This document shows, one piece after another, positions 10,631-25,128 of a stretch of DNA of 64,000 bases. The notes beneath the pieces were generated by a model. The model saw only the letters and a list, made by a program, of their open reading frames with translations. It ran no database searches and was not told where the DNA came from. This DNA comes from Clostridia bacterium (lineage in GTDB: Bacteria; Bacillota; Clostridia; Oscillospirales; Acutalibacteraceae), in assembly GCA_017430535.1 (NCBI GenBank), contig JAFRMR010000007.1, forward strand, positions 61,817 through 125,816, in the 5' to 3' direction. Both the position numbers and the translations under genes were made by a program. How positions within the stretch are numbered: the first letter of the stretch is position 1; each line of letters starts with the position of its first letter.

Positions 10631-10664
10631 ATCAGGCGGCAACTCTGACGGGTTGCCGCCTGAT
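10631..10664 (+). terminator. terminator-like hairpin after PFOR gene
   Basis: 13-bp stem ATCAGGCGGCAAC / GTTGCCGCCTGAT. No clean T-tract follows. Confidence 0.5.
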
Positions 10665-10782
10665 TGCATAAGGTGTTAGATAAGATTATTATTTTCTGTT
10701 ATAATTCAGCCCTTGAAAAATAATATAAAAGTGTTATAATTTAATTCTATAGAACAATAATAGCAGTTGCGGTGGTGATTAT

Positions 10783-11520
10783 ATGACTCTTGTACAGTAT
10801 TTTACGGAGCAGATATCTGTATGGCAGTATCTTGATTTCTTTGTCAGGATTGTTGTTGCCTGTTTTTGCGGCGCAGCCATTGGCTTTGAAAGAAGCCGCA
10901 GATTAAAAAGCGCCGGCATACGCACTCATATTGTTGTTTGTTGCGCGGCAGCTCTTATGATGATTGTTTCAAAGTACGGCTTTATGGACCTGACATCGGC
11001 TTTGGGCAATACTTTTAACGGCACCAGAGGTGCTGACCCTGCCCGTATTGCGGCACAGGTTGTCAGCGGTATAAGCTTTTTGGGAGCCGGTGTAATATTC
11101 AAGCACGGTGCCAGTATAAAGGGCCTTACCACCGCCGCAGGTATATGGGCAACTGCAGGTATCGGCCTTGCGATAGGCGCAGGTATGTACGGCATAGGCC
11201 TGTTTGCAATGCTTATCATTGTTATTATTCAGTTTGTTATGCACAAGTTTAAGTTCGGTACCGATTCCTGGTCCGATACAAATATAGAATTCAATGTATC
11301 GGAAAACGGTGAGTTCCAGAAGGAGTTCCTCGGTGTTATTGAAAAATGGGGCGCTCAGCTGGAAGAGATAGGCATTGATAATGCCGGAGACAATCTGGAT
11401 AATATTTTCCACTACAAAGTCATAATCAAAACACCCGCATCCCTTTCTACAGAGGATATAGTTAATTACCTCAGCAGTGATTCCAGAATTTCAAAGTTCA
11501 GCGTCATACCCGGCGCTTGA
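10783..11520 (+). CDS. MgtC/SapB family membrane protein
   Basis: GFERSRRLKSAGIRTH motif, four or five TM helices, soluble C-terminal domain. Confidence 0.85.
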   Translation: MTLVQYFTEQISVWQYLDFFVRIVVACFCGAAIGFERSRRLKSAGIRTHIVVCCAAALMMIVSKYGFMDLTSALGNTFNGTRGADPARIAAQVVSGISFLGAGVIFKHGASIKGLTTAAGIWATAGIGLAIGAGMYGIGLFAMLIIVIIQFVMHKFKFGTDSWSDTNIEFNVSENGEFQKEFLGVIEKWGAQLEEIGIDNAGDNLDNIFHYKVIIKTPASLSTEDIVNYLSSDSRISKFSVIPGA

Positions 11521-11712
11521 TTTTCAGCAGTACTATTTATTAAGGAATAACATATTAATTAAAGAAGAAATCGGCCTGAAGAAAACTGTAATTCAGTTAA
11601 AATGAATTCATTTTCTTCTGATTCGAGAGTGCTTACGCAATTTGAACAAATAAACAGTTCCGCCGGGGTTTTTATATAATCCCGGCGGAAAGTTTAAACC
11701 GGAGATATTGCT

Positions 11713-12636
11713 ATGAATGAAACCGTAAACAGAATATTGGATTTACTGAAATTTGCTCCCAGGCAGAAAACAGCTTTTTATGATATTTTCATCGTAACAG
11801 GTGAGTTTTTAAAAAACTTTTCTGTAAAAAAGTTAATTGCTGTAATTACTCTTATAGGCGAGCTTCTTGGCTGTATACTGTTTGATTCTCCCGTTACCCC
11901 TCACGGCGAAGCTCTTGACTTGGCAGGATATAATCTTGTTTTCAGTGATGATTTTGACGGTGGGTCTCTCAATACCGATGTATGGTTTCACAGGGGAGAG
12001 GGCCCGAGAAGAACCGGATTCAATTCTGAGAGCCAGGTAAGCGTAGAGGACGGCAATCTTATCCTCAGGGGTGAGTACCTTAAAAATGGGACATACGGTG
12101 CGGGTTGGTATGTGGCCGCAGTTGCTCTTAAGCAAAAATACAATAAGGGATATTACGAAATCCGCTGCCAGTGTAACGGCGGCGATGAATTCTGGAGCGC
12201 TTTCTGGATTCAGGCAGATCATCCTTATGATCACGATGTTTCAAAAGGCGGACCCGGGGGCGCAGAGATTGATATATTTGAATCAATCGGTGAATCAAAC
12301 GGCAAAAAAGGTGAATACGGCACCGTAACTTCAACCGTACACTGTAACGGATTTGATGATGATCCCGATAATATTGATTCCAATATGGTAGGCAAATTCA
12401 GGGTCAAAGGCGATATAAGCAAAGAATATAATACCTTCGGCCTTAAATGGACTGATGACGAATACATCTTTTATATAAACGGAGTTGAGAGCGGGAGAAC
12501 CTCCTTCGCCAGCGGAGTTTCTAAGGTGCCCGAGGAAGTGATAGTTTCCCTTGAAATACCGGATTCGGTAACTTACCCAGAGGATTACAAAACAGAGATG
12601 GCAGTGGATTATGTCAGAATCTATCAGCAGGGTTAA
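11713..12636 (+). CDS. glycoside hydrolase family 16 (beta-glucanase-like), N-terminally membrane anchored
   Basis: GH16 catalytic motif in GAEIDIFES. Jelly-roll-like composition. N-terminal hydrophobic segment LIAVITLIGELLGCILF. Confidence 0.8.
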   Translation: MNETVNRILDLLKFAPRQKTAFYDIFIVTGEFLKNFSVKKLIAVITLIGELLGCILFDSPVTPHGEALDLAGYNLVFSDDFDGGSLNTDVWFHRGEGPRRTGFNSESQVSVEDGNLILRGEYLKNGTYGAGWYVAAVALKQKYNKGYYEIRCQCNGGDEFWSAFWIQADHPYDHDVSKGGPGGAEIDIFESIGESNGKKGEYGTVTSTVHCNGFDDDPDNIDSNMVGKFRVKGDISKEYNTFGLKWTDDEYIFYINGVESGRTSFASGVSKVPEEVIVSLEIPDSVTYPEDYKTEMAVDYVRIYQQG

Positions 12637-12649
12637 AGTAAAAAAATCA

Positions 12650-12681
12650 GAGGACTGCAGCCGTTAATCGGCACAGTCCTC
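12650..12681. terminator. bidirectional terminator between GH16 and hemolysin III genes
   Basis: GAGGACTG ... CAGTCCTC stem flanked by an A-run upstream and ATTTGTT downstream. Confidence 0.65.
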
Positions 12682-12704
12682 ATTTGTTATATTCATTTTC
12701 GCAT

Positions 12705-13376
12705 TTAAATGCAGAATTTAAATATGGCTATAAATTGCAGTATGCTTCCCGCCAGAATAAAAATATGAAATATGGAGTGCATAAACTTCTTTTCCATACC
12801 AAGCCTGAAGAATATCATGCCCAGGGTGTAGGCAAGCCCGCCGGCTACCAGCCAGATAATGAATTCAAGGCCGAAAAACCTGTACATGGAAGGCAGGCCG
12901 AAGATTGCAAGCCAGCCTATGACAAAATATCCGGAATAGGAAATATACTTGTATTTTTTAAAGTCAATAGCCGTAAAGGTAACTCCCACCGCAGTGGCGC
13001 AGATAAGCAAAAGCACAACAATAATGAACATTTTGAAATTTACTTTTCTCAGCCAGGCGGAAACAATCGGTGCATAGGTGCCCAGAATCAGTGCGTATAT
13101 TGTGCAGTGGTCAAGCACCTGCAGCACTTTTTTACCCGTACCCTCATGCAGACCATGGTAAACGCTTGACATAGTGTAGAGAAAAATCATCATTGCGCCG
13201 TAGAAGAAGCCGCTCAGCAGCCCCCACCAGTTCCGGTGAATAAGAGCAAAAATGCAGCACAGAATCAGTGCAATTATTCCAAAGGCGCCTCCCACAATGT
13301 GGGTCACCATGCTGAATATTTCTTCCTCCCGGGTGTATCCCGGGAGGGTTCTGTCTTTTAGCTTAGTTCTTTTCAT
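12705..13376 (-). CDS. hemolysin III / PAQR family channel protein
   Basis: Seven predicted TM segments and conserved His residues (YHGLHEG, MHSIFHIF). Start moved to MKRTKL (13376), downstream of the lacZ stop at 13390. Confidence 0.8.
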   Translation of the reverse strand: MKRTKLKDRTLPGYTREEEIFSMVTHIVGGAFGIIALILCCIFALIHRNWWGLLSGFFYGAMMIFLYTMSSVYHGLHEGTGKKVLQVLDHCTIYALILGTYAPIVSAWLRKVNFKMFIIVVLLLICATAVGVTFTAIDFKKYKYISYSGYFVIGWLAIFGLPSMYRFFGLEFIIWLVAGGLAYTLGMIFFRLGMEKKFMHSIFHIFILAGSILQFIAIFKFCI

Positions 13377-13389
13377 TTTATAACTTCCG

Positions 13390-17789
<4,400 letters not shown>

Positions 17790-17895
17790 CTGTTTATCTC
17801 CTGTGGATACAATTTAAAGTATTATACTATATATTGTGGTAAAAATAAAGAGTTTTATTATAAATTGTGATTTTTTCATTTAAACCAGGTAAAAC

Positions 17896-17924
17896 TTGAT
17901 TATTATTTTATTTATTGTTATAAT
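17896..17924 (+). promoter_or_regulatory. candidate promoter of the nusB-recN gene string
   Basis: TTGATT (17896-17901), 17 nt, TGT-TATAAT (extended -10; hexamer 17919-17924). Confidence 0.55.
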
Positions 17925-17962
17925 ACTATGATGTAAAAATATATCCACCGGGAGGAATTGTT

Positions 17963-18361
17963 ATGACCGGAGCCGAATCCCGTGAGCAGGCTTTTATCCT
18001 GCTTTTTGAAAAATCGTTTAATGAGGATGTTCCCGCCGAAAAAATATATGAGCTTGCCCTTGAGTGTGAAGCCATACAGGATTCAACTTTCACTCACAAT
18101 CTTTTTACCTCTGCCTGTGAGCATATCGAAGTGCTTGACAGCACAATAGAGGAGTATTCAAAGGGCTGGACTAAATCCAGATTAAGCCGTGTTACCCTTA
18201 CGGTTCTCCGCCTTGCAATCTGCGAAATAAGCTGGTTTGAAAAAACCCCCGTCAAGGTTGCTCTCAGCGATGCCGTAAAGCTTTGCGAAAAATATGCTTC
18301 CGCTGAGGAGAGCGCCTTTGTCAACGGCATACTGGGTACTTTTGTAAAGGATAAAGAATGA
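17963..18361 (+). CDS. nusB: transcription antitermination factor NusB
   Basis: 132 aa. NusB-like N terminus REQAFILLFE and C-terminal AFVNGILG. Confidence 0.9.
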   Translation: MTGAESREQAFILLFEKSFNEDVPAEKIYELALECEAIQDSTFTHNLFTSACEHIEVLDSTIEEYSKGWTKSRLSRVTLTVLRLAICEISWFEKTPVKVALSDAVKLCEKYASAEESAFVNGILGTFVKDKE

Positions 18362-19290
18362 TTACTCTCGGTATTGATACAAGCAATTATACCACTTCCT
18401 GCGCCCTGTATAATTCCGAAACGGATTCGGTAATTCAGAAAAGGAAGCTTCTTCCCGTAAAACCGGGCGAAAAAGGAATCCGCCAGAGTGATGCGGTTTT
18501 TCATCATACCCAGGCTCTTCACGCCCTTCTCGGCGAACTGTTTGAGGAAGCGGGCACGGGTTTTGACGCTGTCGGTTATTCGGACAGGCCCAGGGATGCC
18601 GAGGGTTCCTATATGCCCTGCTTTACGGTTGGCGTAAATACCGCCCTCAGCATTTCCGCCGCAACCGGAAAACCATCTTACGGTTTTTCTCACCAGAGCG
18701 GGCATATTGCGGCTGCCCTGTGGTCCTGCGGCAGGATGGATCTGATTGACAAAGAGTTTATCGCTTTTCATGTTTCCGGCGGTACCACGGAAGTGCTTCA
18801 TATTTCGCCGGACAGCGAAAGAATATTCAAAGCCGCAATAATCGGCAGCACTCTTGATATAAACTGCGGCCAGGCCGTTGACAGGGCAGGGGTTATGCTG
18901 GGGCTTGAATTTCCCTGCGGAGCAGAGCTTGAAAAGCTTGCGGCTGAATCTGAAGAAACCTATAATCCGAAAGTTTGCGTGAATAACGGCAGCTGCTCCC
19001 TTTCCGGCCTTGAGAATCTATGCGATAAAATGTTCAGCGAAGGCGAGTGTAAAGAAAACATCGCAAGATTCTGCCTTGATTTCATAGGCAAAACTCTTGA
19101 AAAAATGACAGAATATGCCGTTTCGCTCTATGGCGATTTACCCCTTGTGTATTCGGGCGGGGTAATGTCAGATGCAATTATAAAGGAACGAATAGCCGGC
19201 AGATTCAATGCCGAGTTTGCTTTGCCGGATTATTCCCGTGATAATGCAGCAGGTGCAGCTGTGCTTGCCTGCCTGAAAGGAAAACTATAA
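18358..19290 (+). CDS. Kae1/TsaD (peptidase M22) family protein, short paralog
   Basis: ASKHA-fold N terminus LGIDTSNYTTSCAL and metal-binding HQSGH. ATGA overlap with nusB and a 1-nt overlap with xseA. Confidence 0.75.
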   Translation: MITLGIDTSNYTTSCALYNSETDSVIQKRKLLPVKPGEKGIRQSDAVFHHTQALHALLGELFEEAGTGFDAVGYSDRPRDAEGSYMPCFTVGVNTALSISAATGKPSYGFSHQSGHIAAALWSCGRMDLIDKEFIAFHVSGGTTEVLHISPDSERIFKAAIIGSTLDINCGQAVDRAGVMLGLEFPCGAELEKLAAESEETYNPKVCVNNGSCSLSGLENLCDKMFSEGECKENIARFCLDFIGKTLEKMTEYAVSLYGDLPLVYSGGVMSDAIIKERIAGRFNAEFALPDYSRDNAAGAAVLACLKGKL

Positions 19291-20486
19291 TGGCCGACAG
19301 TCTTGTCCTTTCCGTCAGCGCTCTTAACAGGTATGTAAAATCTGTGCTGGACGGAGATATAAACTTAAAAACCGTTTTTGTAAAAGGGCAGATTTCCAAT
19401 TTCAAGGCCCATTTCGGCAGCGGTCATTACTATATGACAATCAAGGATGAAAAAGCCCAGATAAGAGCTGCCATGTTCAAAAACGCCAACAGCCGCCTTA
19501 AGTTTATGCCGGAAAACGATATGAGCGTAATCATAAGGGGCAGAGTTACCCTGTATGAGCAGGGGGGCGAATATCAGCTTGTTATTGAAGATATGCAGCC
19601 CGACGGTACCGGAGCCCTTGCTCTGGCTTTTGAGCAGCTTAAACAGCGCCTTGAAAAGGCGGAAATATTTGCCGAGGGGCATAAGAAGCCCATTCCTCAG
19701 TTTCCCGGCAAGGTGGGTGTTATTACCTCCGCTTCCGGCGCTGCCGTAAGGGATATTATAAATATTGTTGAGAGAAGATATCCTGTTTGCGAAATTGTTC
19801 TTTACCCAGTATCGGTGCAGGGCGAAGGTTCTGCCCGCCAGATAGCGGAAGCGCTGGACTATATGAATAAGAACAAATCTGCCGATGTTATCATAGTAGG
19901 CAGAGGCGGCGGCTCCATAGAGGATTTATGGTCCTTTAATGAGGAAGAGGTTGCTCTTGCTGTTTATAACAGTGAAATACCCGTTATTTCCGCTGTGGGG
20001 CATGAAACCGATTTCACAATCTGTGATTTTGCCGCAGATTTAAGAGCCCCCACGCCGTCAGCCGCGGCGGAGCTGGCAGTTCCTTCTGCTGAAGATATGC
20101 TTGAGTATTTTTATCAGATGAAAAATCGGTTTTACCGCAGTATCGATGCAGGTATTTCTCAGAGAGAGAGCAAAGTTAATCTTTATTCTCTTTCCCTTAA
20201 AAAGAACTGCCCTGCCGACCATATAGAATCCCTTATGCAGAGGATTGATTCCCTGTATTCCGCAATAAAAAGCAATGCCGAATTCGGGATGAAAAACAGA
20301 GAAAGCAGGTTAAGGGAGCTTGTTACAAAACTCAGTCTGCAAAATCCCGCCGGTATTCTTGCAAAGGGCTACAGCGTTGTAACAAAGGGCGGCAAAACCG
20401 TAACCCGCAGTGATGAGGTTTCGGCCGGGGATAAGCTTGATATCCGCCTTAATGAAGGCAGCATAAAATGTGAGGTAATACAGTAA
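19290..20486 (+). CDS. xseA: exodeoxyribonuclease VII large subunit
   Basis: OB-fold N terminus LSVSALNRYVKSVLD. Catalytic region RGGGSIEDLWSFNEE. Confidence 0.95.
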   Translation: MADSLVLSVSALNRYVKSVLDGDINLKTVFVKGQISNFKAHFGSGHYYMTIKDEKAQIRAAMFKNANSRLKFMPENDMSVIIRGRVTLYEQGGEYQLVIEDMQPDGTGALALAFEQLKQRLEKAEIFAEGHKKPIPQFPGKVGVITSASGAAVRDIINIVERRYPVCEIVLYPVSVQGEGSARQIAEALDYMNKNKSADVIIVGRGGGSIEDLWSFNEEEVALAVYNSEIPVISAVGHETDFTICDFAADLRAPTPSAAAELAVPSAEDMLEYFYQMKNRFYRSIDAGISQRESKVNLYSLSLKKNCPADHIESLMQRIDSLYSAIKSNAEFGMKNRESRLRELVTKLSLQNPAGILAKGYSVVTKGGKTVTRSDEVSAGDKLDIRLNEGSIKCEVIQ

Positions 20487-20692
20487 TGGCAGATAAGATA
20501 AATTACGAGCAGGCGATTGCCCGTCTTGAAAAAATAGCGGAAACTCTCGAAAAGGGTGAACTATCACTTGATGACAGCATTCAGCTTTACGCCGAGGGCA
20601 CGGCCCTTGCGGCAAAATGCAGCGATGAGCTTACAAAGGCCAGGCTGAAAATAACCGAAATAACCGAGAAAAACGGAGAAAACAATGGCTGA
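20486..20692 (+). CDS. xseB: exodeoxyribonuclease VII small subunit
   Basis: 68 aa, YEQAIARLEKIAETLEKGELSLD. Directly coupled to xseA. Confidence 0.93.
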   Translation: MADKINYEQAIARLEKIAETLEKGELSLDDSIQLYAEGTALAAKCSDELTKARLKITEITEKNGENNG

Positions 20693-21581
20693 TTTTTCCG
20701 AAAAATTCAACATATACTTTTCTGCCTTTGAGGATTATCTTAATGAATCTTTTACGGCAGATAATATGAAGGTCGGCTCCGAAGGCGCCGCTGAAATGTT
20801 TGAGGCAATGGATTATTCTCTGCGCAACGGCGGCAAACGCATAAGGCCCGTGCTGGTTCTTGCGTTTTGCGAAGCCTGCGGAGGGGATTATAAAGAAGCC
20901 CTGCCTTTTGCCTTGGGAGCAGAGATGATTCACACATACTCTCTAATCCATGACGATTTGCCCTGTATGGATAATGATGATATGCGCAGGGGAAAACCCT
21001 CAAATCATAAGGTCTTCGGATACCCCCAGGCTCTGCTCGCAGGTGACGGTCTTCTTACCCTCGCTTTTGAAATTTTCTCCTCCTGTTCTCTTTCGGCTGA
21101 AAAGCGCATAGAAGGGGTTAAGATATTAGCTGAAAGCGCCGGCTTCAGGGGAATGATTGCGGGCCAGGCAATGGATATGAAAAATGAAAGCGGCAATCCG
21201 TCTTTTGATACGGTTAAAAAAACCGATGCACTCAAAACAGGGGAGCTTATAAAAGCCGCATCTCTTCTCGGCTGTGTTGCCGCAGGAGCGGATGAAGAGC
21301 AAAAAGAGGCAGCCCGGGAATACAGCCTGAAGGTTGGTCTTGCTTTTCAGATTCTTGATGATATTCTTGATGTTACCTCTGCTTCCGAGGATCTCGGCAA
21401 GCCCGCAGGCAGCGATATCAGAAACGATAAAGTAACTTATGTCAGCCTTCTCGGTGTTGACGGCGCAAGGTCACTGGCCCGTTCCCTTACCGATGAGGCG
21501 GTTAAAGCCCTTGATGTTTTCGATAATAAGGGCGGTTTTTTAAAACAACTGGCATTGAATCTTGCCGACAGGAAAAAATAA
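20685..21581 (+). CDS. ispA: (2E,6E)-farnesyl diphosphate synthase / polyprenyl synthetase
   Basis: First and second Asp-rich motifs LIHDDLPCMDNDDMRRG and FQILDDILD. Confidence 0.93.
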   Translation: MADFSEKFNIYFSAFEDYLNESFTADNMKVGSEGAAEMFEAMDYSLRNGGKRIRPVLVLAFCEACGGDYKEALPFALGAEMIHTYSLIHDDLPCMDNDDMRRGKPSNHKVFGYPQALLAGDGLLTLAFEIFSSCSLSAEKRIEGVKILAESAGFRGMIAGQAMDMKNESGNPSFDTVKKTDALKTGELIKAASLLGCVAAGADEEQKEAAREYSLKVGLAFQILDDILDVTSASEDLGKPAGSDIRNDKVTYVSLLGVDGARSLARSLTDEAVKALDVFDNKGGFLKQLALNLADRKK

Positions 21582-21583
21582 CT

Positions 21584-23449
21584 ATGGATTATCCTATTCT
21601 AAAAACCATAAACGGGCCTGAGGATGTAAAAAAGCTTGATGAATCTCAGCTTGATCCTCTTTGTGCTGAGATACGCAGCAAGCTGATTGAAACCGTTTCA
21701 TCAAACGGCGGTCATCTTGCTTCCAACCTCGGCACAGTGGAGCTTACCGTTGCTCTTCACAGGTGTTTCAATTCTCCCGACGATGCCATAATCTGGGATG
21801 TGAGCCACCAGGCCTATACCCATAAACTGCTTACAGGCAGGTTTGGCGAATTTGATACGCTGAGAACTGAAAACGGCATTTCCGGTTTCACAAGGCCTGA
21901 TGAAAGCGAACACGATTTGTTTTATGAGGGCCACGCAGGCACTTCCGTTTCTCAGGCGGCGGGTATAGCGCAGTCAAATAAAATAAAAGGCAATAAGAAT
22001 TTTGCTGTAGCTGTAATCGGCGACGGCTCCTTCGGCAACGGTATGGTTTATGAAGCCGTAAATAATGCGGGCTCTCAGGGCGGGCGCCTCATTGTTATCC
22101 TCAATGATAATGAGATGTCCATAAGCGAGAATGTGGGCGCTATGGCAAGGCACCTTGCCGTTGTTCGTTCCAAGCCGGAGTATTACCGTTTCAAGGCCGG
22201 CACCGAAAAGTTCCTTAACCGTATTCCTCTTGTGGGCAGAGGCCTTTCTGATTTCCTGTTCAGGATAAAAAGCGCGCTTAAGAGGATTATCTATAAAAGT
22301 TCAATGGTTGAAAATATGGGCTTCAGGTATATCGGCCCTGTTGACGGCCATAATATATCCAACCTCTGTGAAGCTATGAACTCCGCAAAAATGGTAAATA
22401 AGCCCGTGCTTATCCATATAAATACTATCAAAGGCAAGGGCTATGATTTTGCCGAAAGCTCACCGGATATATATCACGGGGTTTCACAGTTCAATATTTT
22501 TACGGGTGAACCCAGACAGTCGGGGGATTCCTATTCAGCCGAGTTTTCCGAAGCCCTGTGTGAGTTTGCCGCAAAGGATAAACGTATTTGCGCCGTTACC
22601 GCAGCAATGTCCATAGGTACGGGGCTTGAACCTTTCTTTGAAAAGTTTCCGGACAGAGCCTATGATGTAGGCATAGCGGAGGAGCACGCCGTAACCTTCT
22701 GTTCCGGCCTTGCTGCCGGGGGTATGATACCTGTGTTTGCGGTTTACTCCACCTTCCTTCAAAGGTGTGCAGATCAGCTTATTCACGATTGCGCCCTGCA
22801 AAAAAGAAAGATGATTATTGCAATTGACAGGGCCGGATTTGTGGGTGAGGATGGCGAAACCCATCAGGGTATGTTTGATATTTCCATAATGCACGCCCTG
22901 CCCAATACCACAGTTTATTCACCGGCTACCTATAAGGAAATCAGCAGGGATTTATATAATGCCCTTTACAGGGATGAAAACCTTGTTGCCATAAGGTATC
23001 CCCGGGGCTCTGTGCCCGAAGGTCTTGACGGAATCACAAGCGGTGATGATTATGAGATTTTCGGCAATCCTCAGAGCAAAATTGCCGTTATTGTTTACGG
23101 CCGCATTTTCTTTGAGGCATATAAGGCGCTGGAAATTCTCGGTAATGAGGGCATAGATGTTAAAATTATCAAACTCAACCGTATTAAACCCATACCCGAC
23201 GAAGTCCTGCTTGCAGCGGAGCAGTGTGAGGATATTTTCTTCTTCGAGGAATCCCTGCGCAGCGGAAGCGTAGGTGAAAAGACCGCAGCTGAGCTTTCGC
23301 AGAGGGGGTTCGGCGGCAGGTTTGAACATATTGCCGTTAATGATGAGTTTGTGCCCTGCGCTTCAATCAAAAGGCTTACCGAAAAATACGGCCTTGACTG
23401 TGATTCCATTGTGAATACCGTAAGGAAAAAGATAAACTATGAGCAATAA
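21584..23449 (+). CDS. dxs: 1-deoxy-D-xylulose-5-phosphate synthase
   Basis: GGHLASNLGTVELT, TPP motif GDGSFGNGMVYEA...NDN, transketolase-like C terminus. Confidence 0.96.
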   Translation: MDYPILKTINGPEDVKKLDESQLDPLCAEIRSKLIETVSSNGGHLASNLGTVELTVALHRCFNSPDDAIIWDVSHQAYTHKLLTGRFGEFDTLRTENGISGFTRPDESEHDLFYEGHAGTSVSQAAGIAQSNKIKGNKNFAVAVIGDGSFGNGMVYEAVNNAGSQGGRLIVILNDNEMSISENVGAMARHLAVVRSKPEYYRFKAGTEKFLNRIPLVGRGLSDFLFRIKSALKRIIYKSSMVENMGFRYIGPVDGHNISNLCEAMNSAKMVNKPVLIHINTIKGKGYDFAESSPDIYHGVSQFNIFTGEPRQSGDSYSAEFSEALCEFAAKDKRICAVTAAMSIGTGLEPFFEKFPDRAYDVGIAEEHAVTFCSGLAAGGMIPVFAVYSTFLQRCADQLIHDCALQKRKMIIAIDRAGFVGEDGETHQGMFDISIMHALPNTTVYSPATYKEISRDLYNALYRDENLVAIRYPRGSVPEGLDGITSGDDYEIFGNPQSKIAVIVYGRIFFEAYKALEILGNEGIDVKIIKLNRIKPIPDEVLLAAEQCEDIFFFEESLRSGSVGEKTAAELSQRGFGGRFEHIAVNDEFVPCASIKRLTEKYGLDCDSIVNTVRKKINYEQ

Positions 23450-24248
23450 AATCAGGCTTGATGTAGCCGTTTTTGAAAAAGGCCTTGCCGAATCCCGCGA
23501 AAAAGCAAAAGCAATGATTATGGCGGGCTGTGTGTATGTTAAAGGCAATAAAGAGCTTAAAGCCGGGGCTTTCGTTTCCCCGGAGGACAGCATTGAAGTC
23601 CGGGGGAGCGTTAATCCCTATGTAAGCCGCGGCGGGCTTAAGCTTGAAAAAGCCATGCAGTCCTTCCGTCTTTCTCTTGACGGAATGATTTGTATGGATA
23701 TAGGCGCATCCACCGGCGGATTTACGGACTGTATGCTTATTAACGGAGCAAAAAAGGTTTATGCTATTGATGTAGGTTACGGTCAGCTGGCCTGGAAGCT
23801 GCGCACGGATGAGCGTGTTGTCAATCTTGAAAGAACAAATTTCAGGCATGTAACCCGTGAGCAGATACCGGATGAAATTGACTTTGCATCTGTTGATGTT
23901 TCCTTTATTTCTCTCAGCCTTATCCTTCCCGTTATGGCCGGCCTTCTCAAAGATACAGGCAGGGCGGTATGTCTTATAAAGCCACAGTTTGAAGCAGGCA
24001 AAGAGAATGTCGGCAAAAAAGGTGTTGTCCGTGATAAATCCGTGCATGAGAATGTAATAAACACCGTTTTCGGTTATGCCGTTGATGCGGGCTTTAATGT
24101 GCTTGAGCTTGATTATTCACCTGTAAAAGGTCCCGAGGGAAATATAGAGTACCTTATGTATATTGAAAAAAGCAGCTCCCCCGAAATCCTTTGGCAGGGC
24201 AGCATACACGATACAGTTGAGCAGTCTCATATCAGTTTGGATAAATAA
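23439..24248 (+). CDS. tlyA: TlyA family rRNA (cytidine-2'-O)-methyltransferase
   Basis: S4 domain RLDVAVFEKGLAESREKAK. SAM motif DIGASTGGFTD. Confidence 0.92.
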   Translation: MSNKIRLDVAVFEKGLAESREKAKAMIMAGCVYVKGNKELKAGAFVSPEDSIEVRGSVNPYVSRGGLKLEKAMQSFRLSLDGMICMDIGASTGGFTDCMLINGAKKVYAIDVGYGQLAWKLRTDERVVNLERTNFRHVTREQIPDEIDFASVDVSFISLSLILPVMAGLLKDTGRAVCLIKPQFEAGKENVGKKGVVRDKSVHENVINTVFGYAVDAGFNVLELDYSPVKGPEGNIEYLMYIEKSSSPEILWQGSIHDTVEQSHISLDK

Positions 24249-25115
24249 GTGCAAGGGGTGATTTACTTGCGTATTTCCGTAATGCCCAATATTACCCGTT
24301 CCCAGGCAAAAAAGGTTACCGAGGATGTTTGTAACCGCCTTAAGTCTCTCGGAGCGGAGTATTACCTTGACAGTGAATTTGAAAATGTATTTGATATTAC
24401 CGGCGCAAAGTTCGGCAAAACCGATGAAATACTGCCTCTTTGCGATGCTGTGATAGCAGTTGGGGGCGACGGCTCAATTATTCACGCCGCAAAAGAAGCT
24501 GTTATGTATAAGATACCGGTTCTCGGTGTTAACGCCGGCCGCCTTGCATTTATGGCAGGGGTTGAGGATGACGAACTTGAGCTTCTGTCAAATCTTATTG
24601 AAGGCGAATATGCTCTTGACCGCAGGTTTATGCTTAAAACAGAGGTTTACTACGGAAACGAATGCGTTGAAACAGATTATGCCCTGAACGACTGCTTTAT
24701 TACAAATGAGGAAAAGCAGAGAATGTCTGAAATTGATGTGGCTCTTAACGGCAACATTTTCAACGGCTATCTCTGCGACGGCATAATTCTCGCCACCCCC
24801 ACGGGTTCCACTGCATATTCTCTTTCCGCCGGGGGGCCGGTTGTTGATCCGCAGCTGGAGTCAATCCTCTTCACTCCCGTCTGCCCTCACTCCCTTATGG
24901 CAAGGTCCATTATTTTCAGGCCGGATGATAAAATTACCGTATCATCCGCCGAGGGCAAAAATCTTTATTATTCCAATGACGGCGCTTCGCCTGTCAGAAT
25001 ATCCGGGGAGGGCAGGATTGTTGTTTCCCGGGCTGATTTCACAGCGAATTTCATAAGAATAAAATCCGAAAACTTTATCGATATTCTCTACAGAAAACTT
25101 GCTCAGCGCAGATGA
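24249..25115 (+). CDS. nadK: NAD kinase
   Basis: GGDGS motif (AVGGDGSIIHAA) and the ATPTGSTAYSLSAGGP motif. The exact start is uncertain: GTG 24249, TTG 24267 or ATG 24282. Confidence 0.9.
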   Translation: MQGVIYLRISVMPNITRSQAKKVTEDVCNRLKSLGAEYYLDSEFENVFDITGAKFGKTDEILPLCDAVIAVGGDGSIIHAAKEAVMYKIPVLGVNAGRLAFMAGVEDDELELLSNLIEGEYALDRRFMLKTEVYYGNECVETDYALNDCFITNEEKQRMSEIDVALNGNIFNGYLCDGIILATPTGSTAYSLSAGGPVVDPQLESILFTPVCPHSLMARSIIFRPDDKITVSSAEGKNLYYSNDGASPVRISGEGRIVVSRADFTANFIRIKSENFIDILYRKLAQRR

Positions 25116-25128
25116 AAGGAAAATGACT

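Noticed and set aside
10615-10782. Mg2+ (M-box) riboswitch ahead of the MgtC-family gene.
   Set aside because: The spacer is about 170 bp. It is mostly taken up by the PFOR terminator hairpin and two TGTTATAAT promoter-like sequences. The remaining leader is far too short for an M-box, and no conserved M-box helices were seen.
11575-11690. Nested palindromes (GAAGAAAA...TTTTCTTC, AAAATGAATTCATTTT, TTCCGCCGGG...CCCGGCGGAA) upstream of the GH16 gene, as a possible riboswitch.
   Set aside because: The structures are short and AT-rich. They are most simply read as the distant terminator of the MgtC gene plus chance palindromes. I recognise no conserved riboswitch core, and there is no second copy for comparison.
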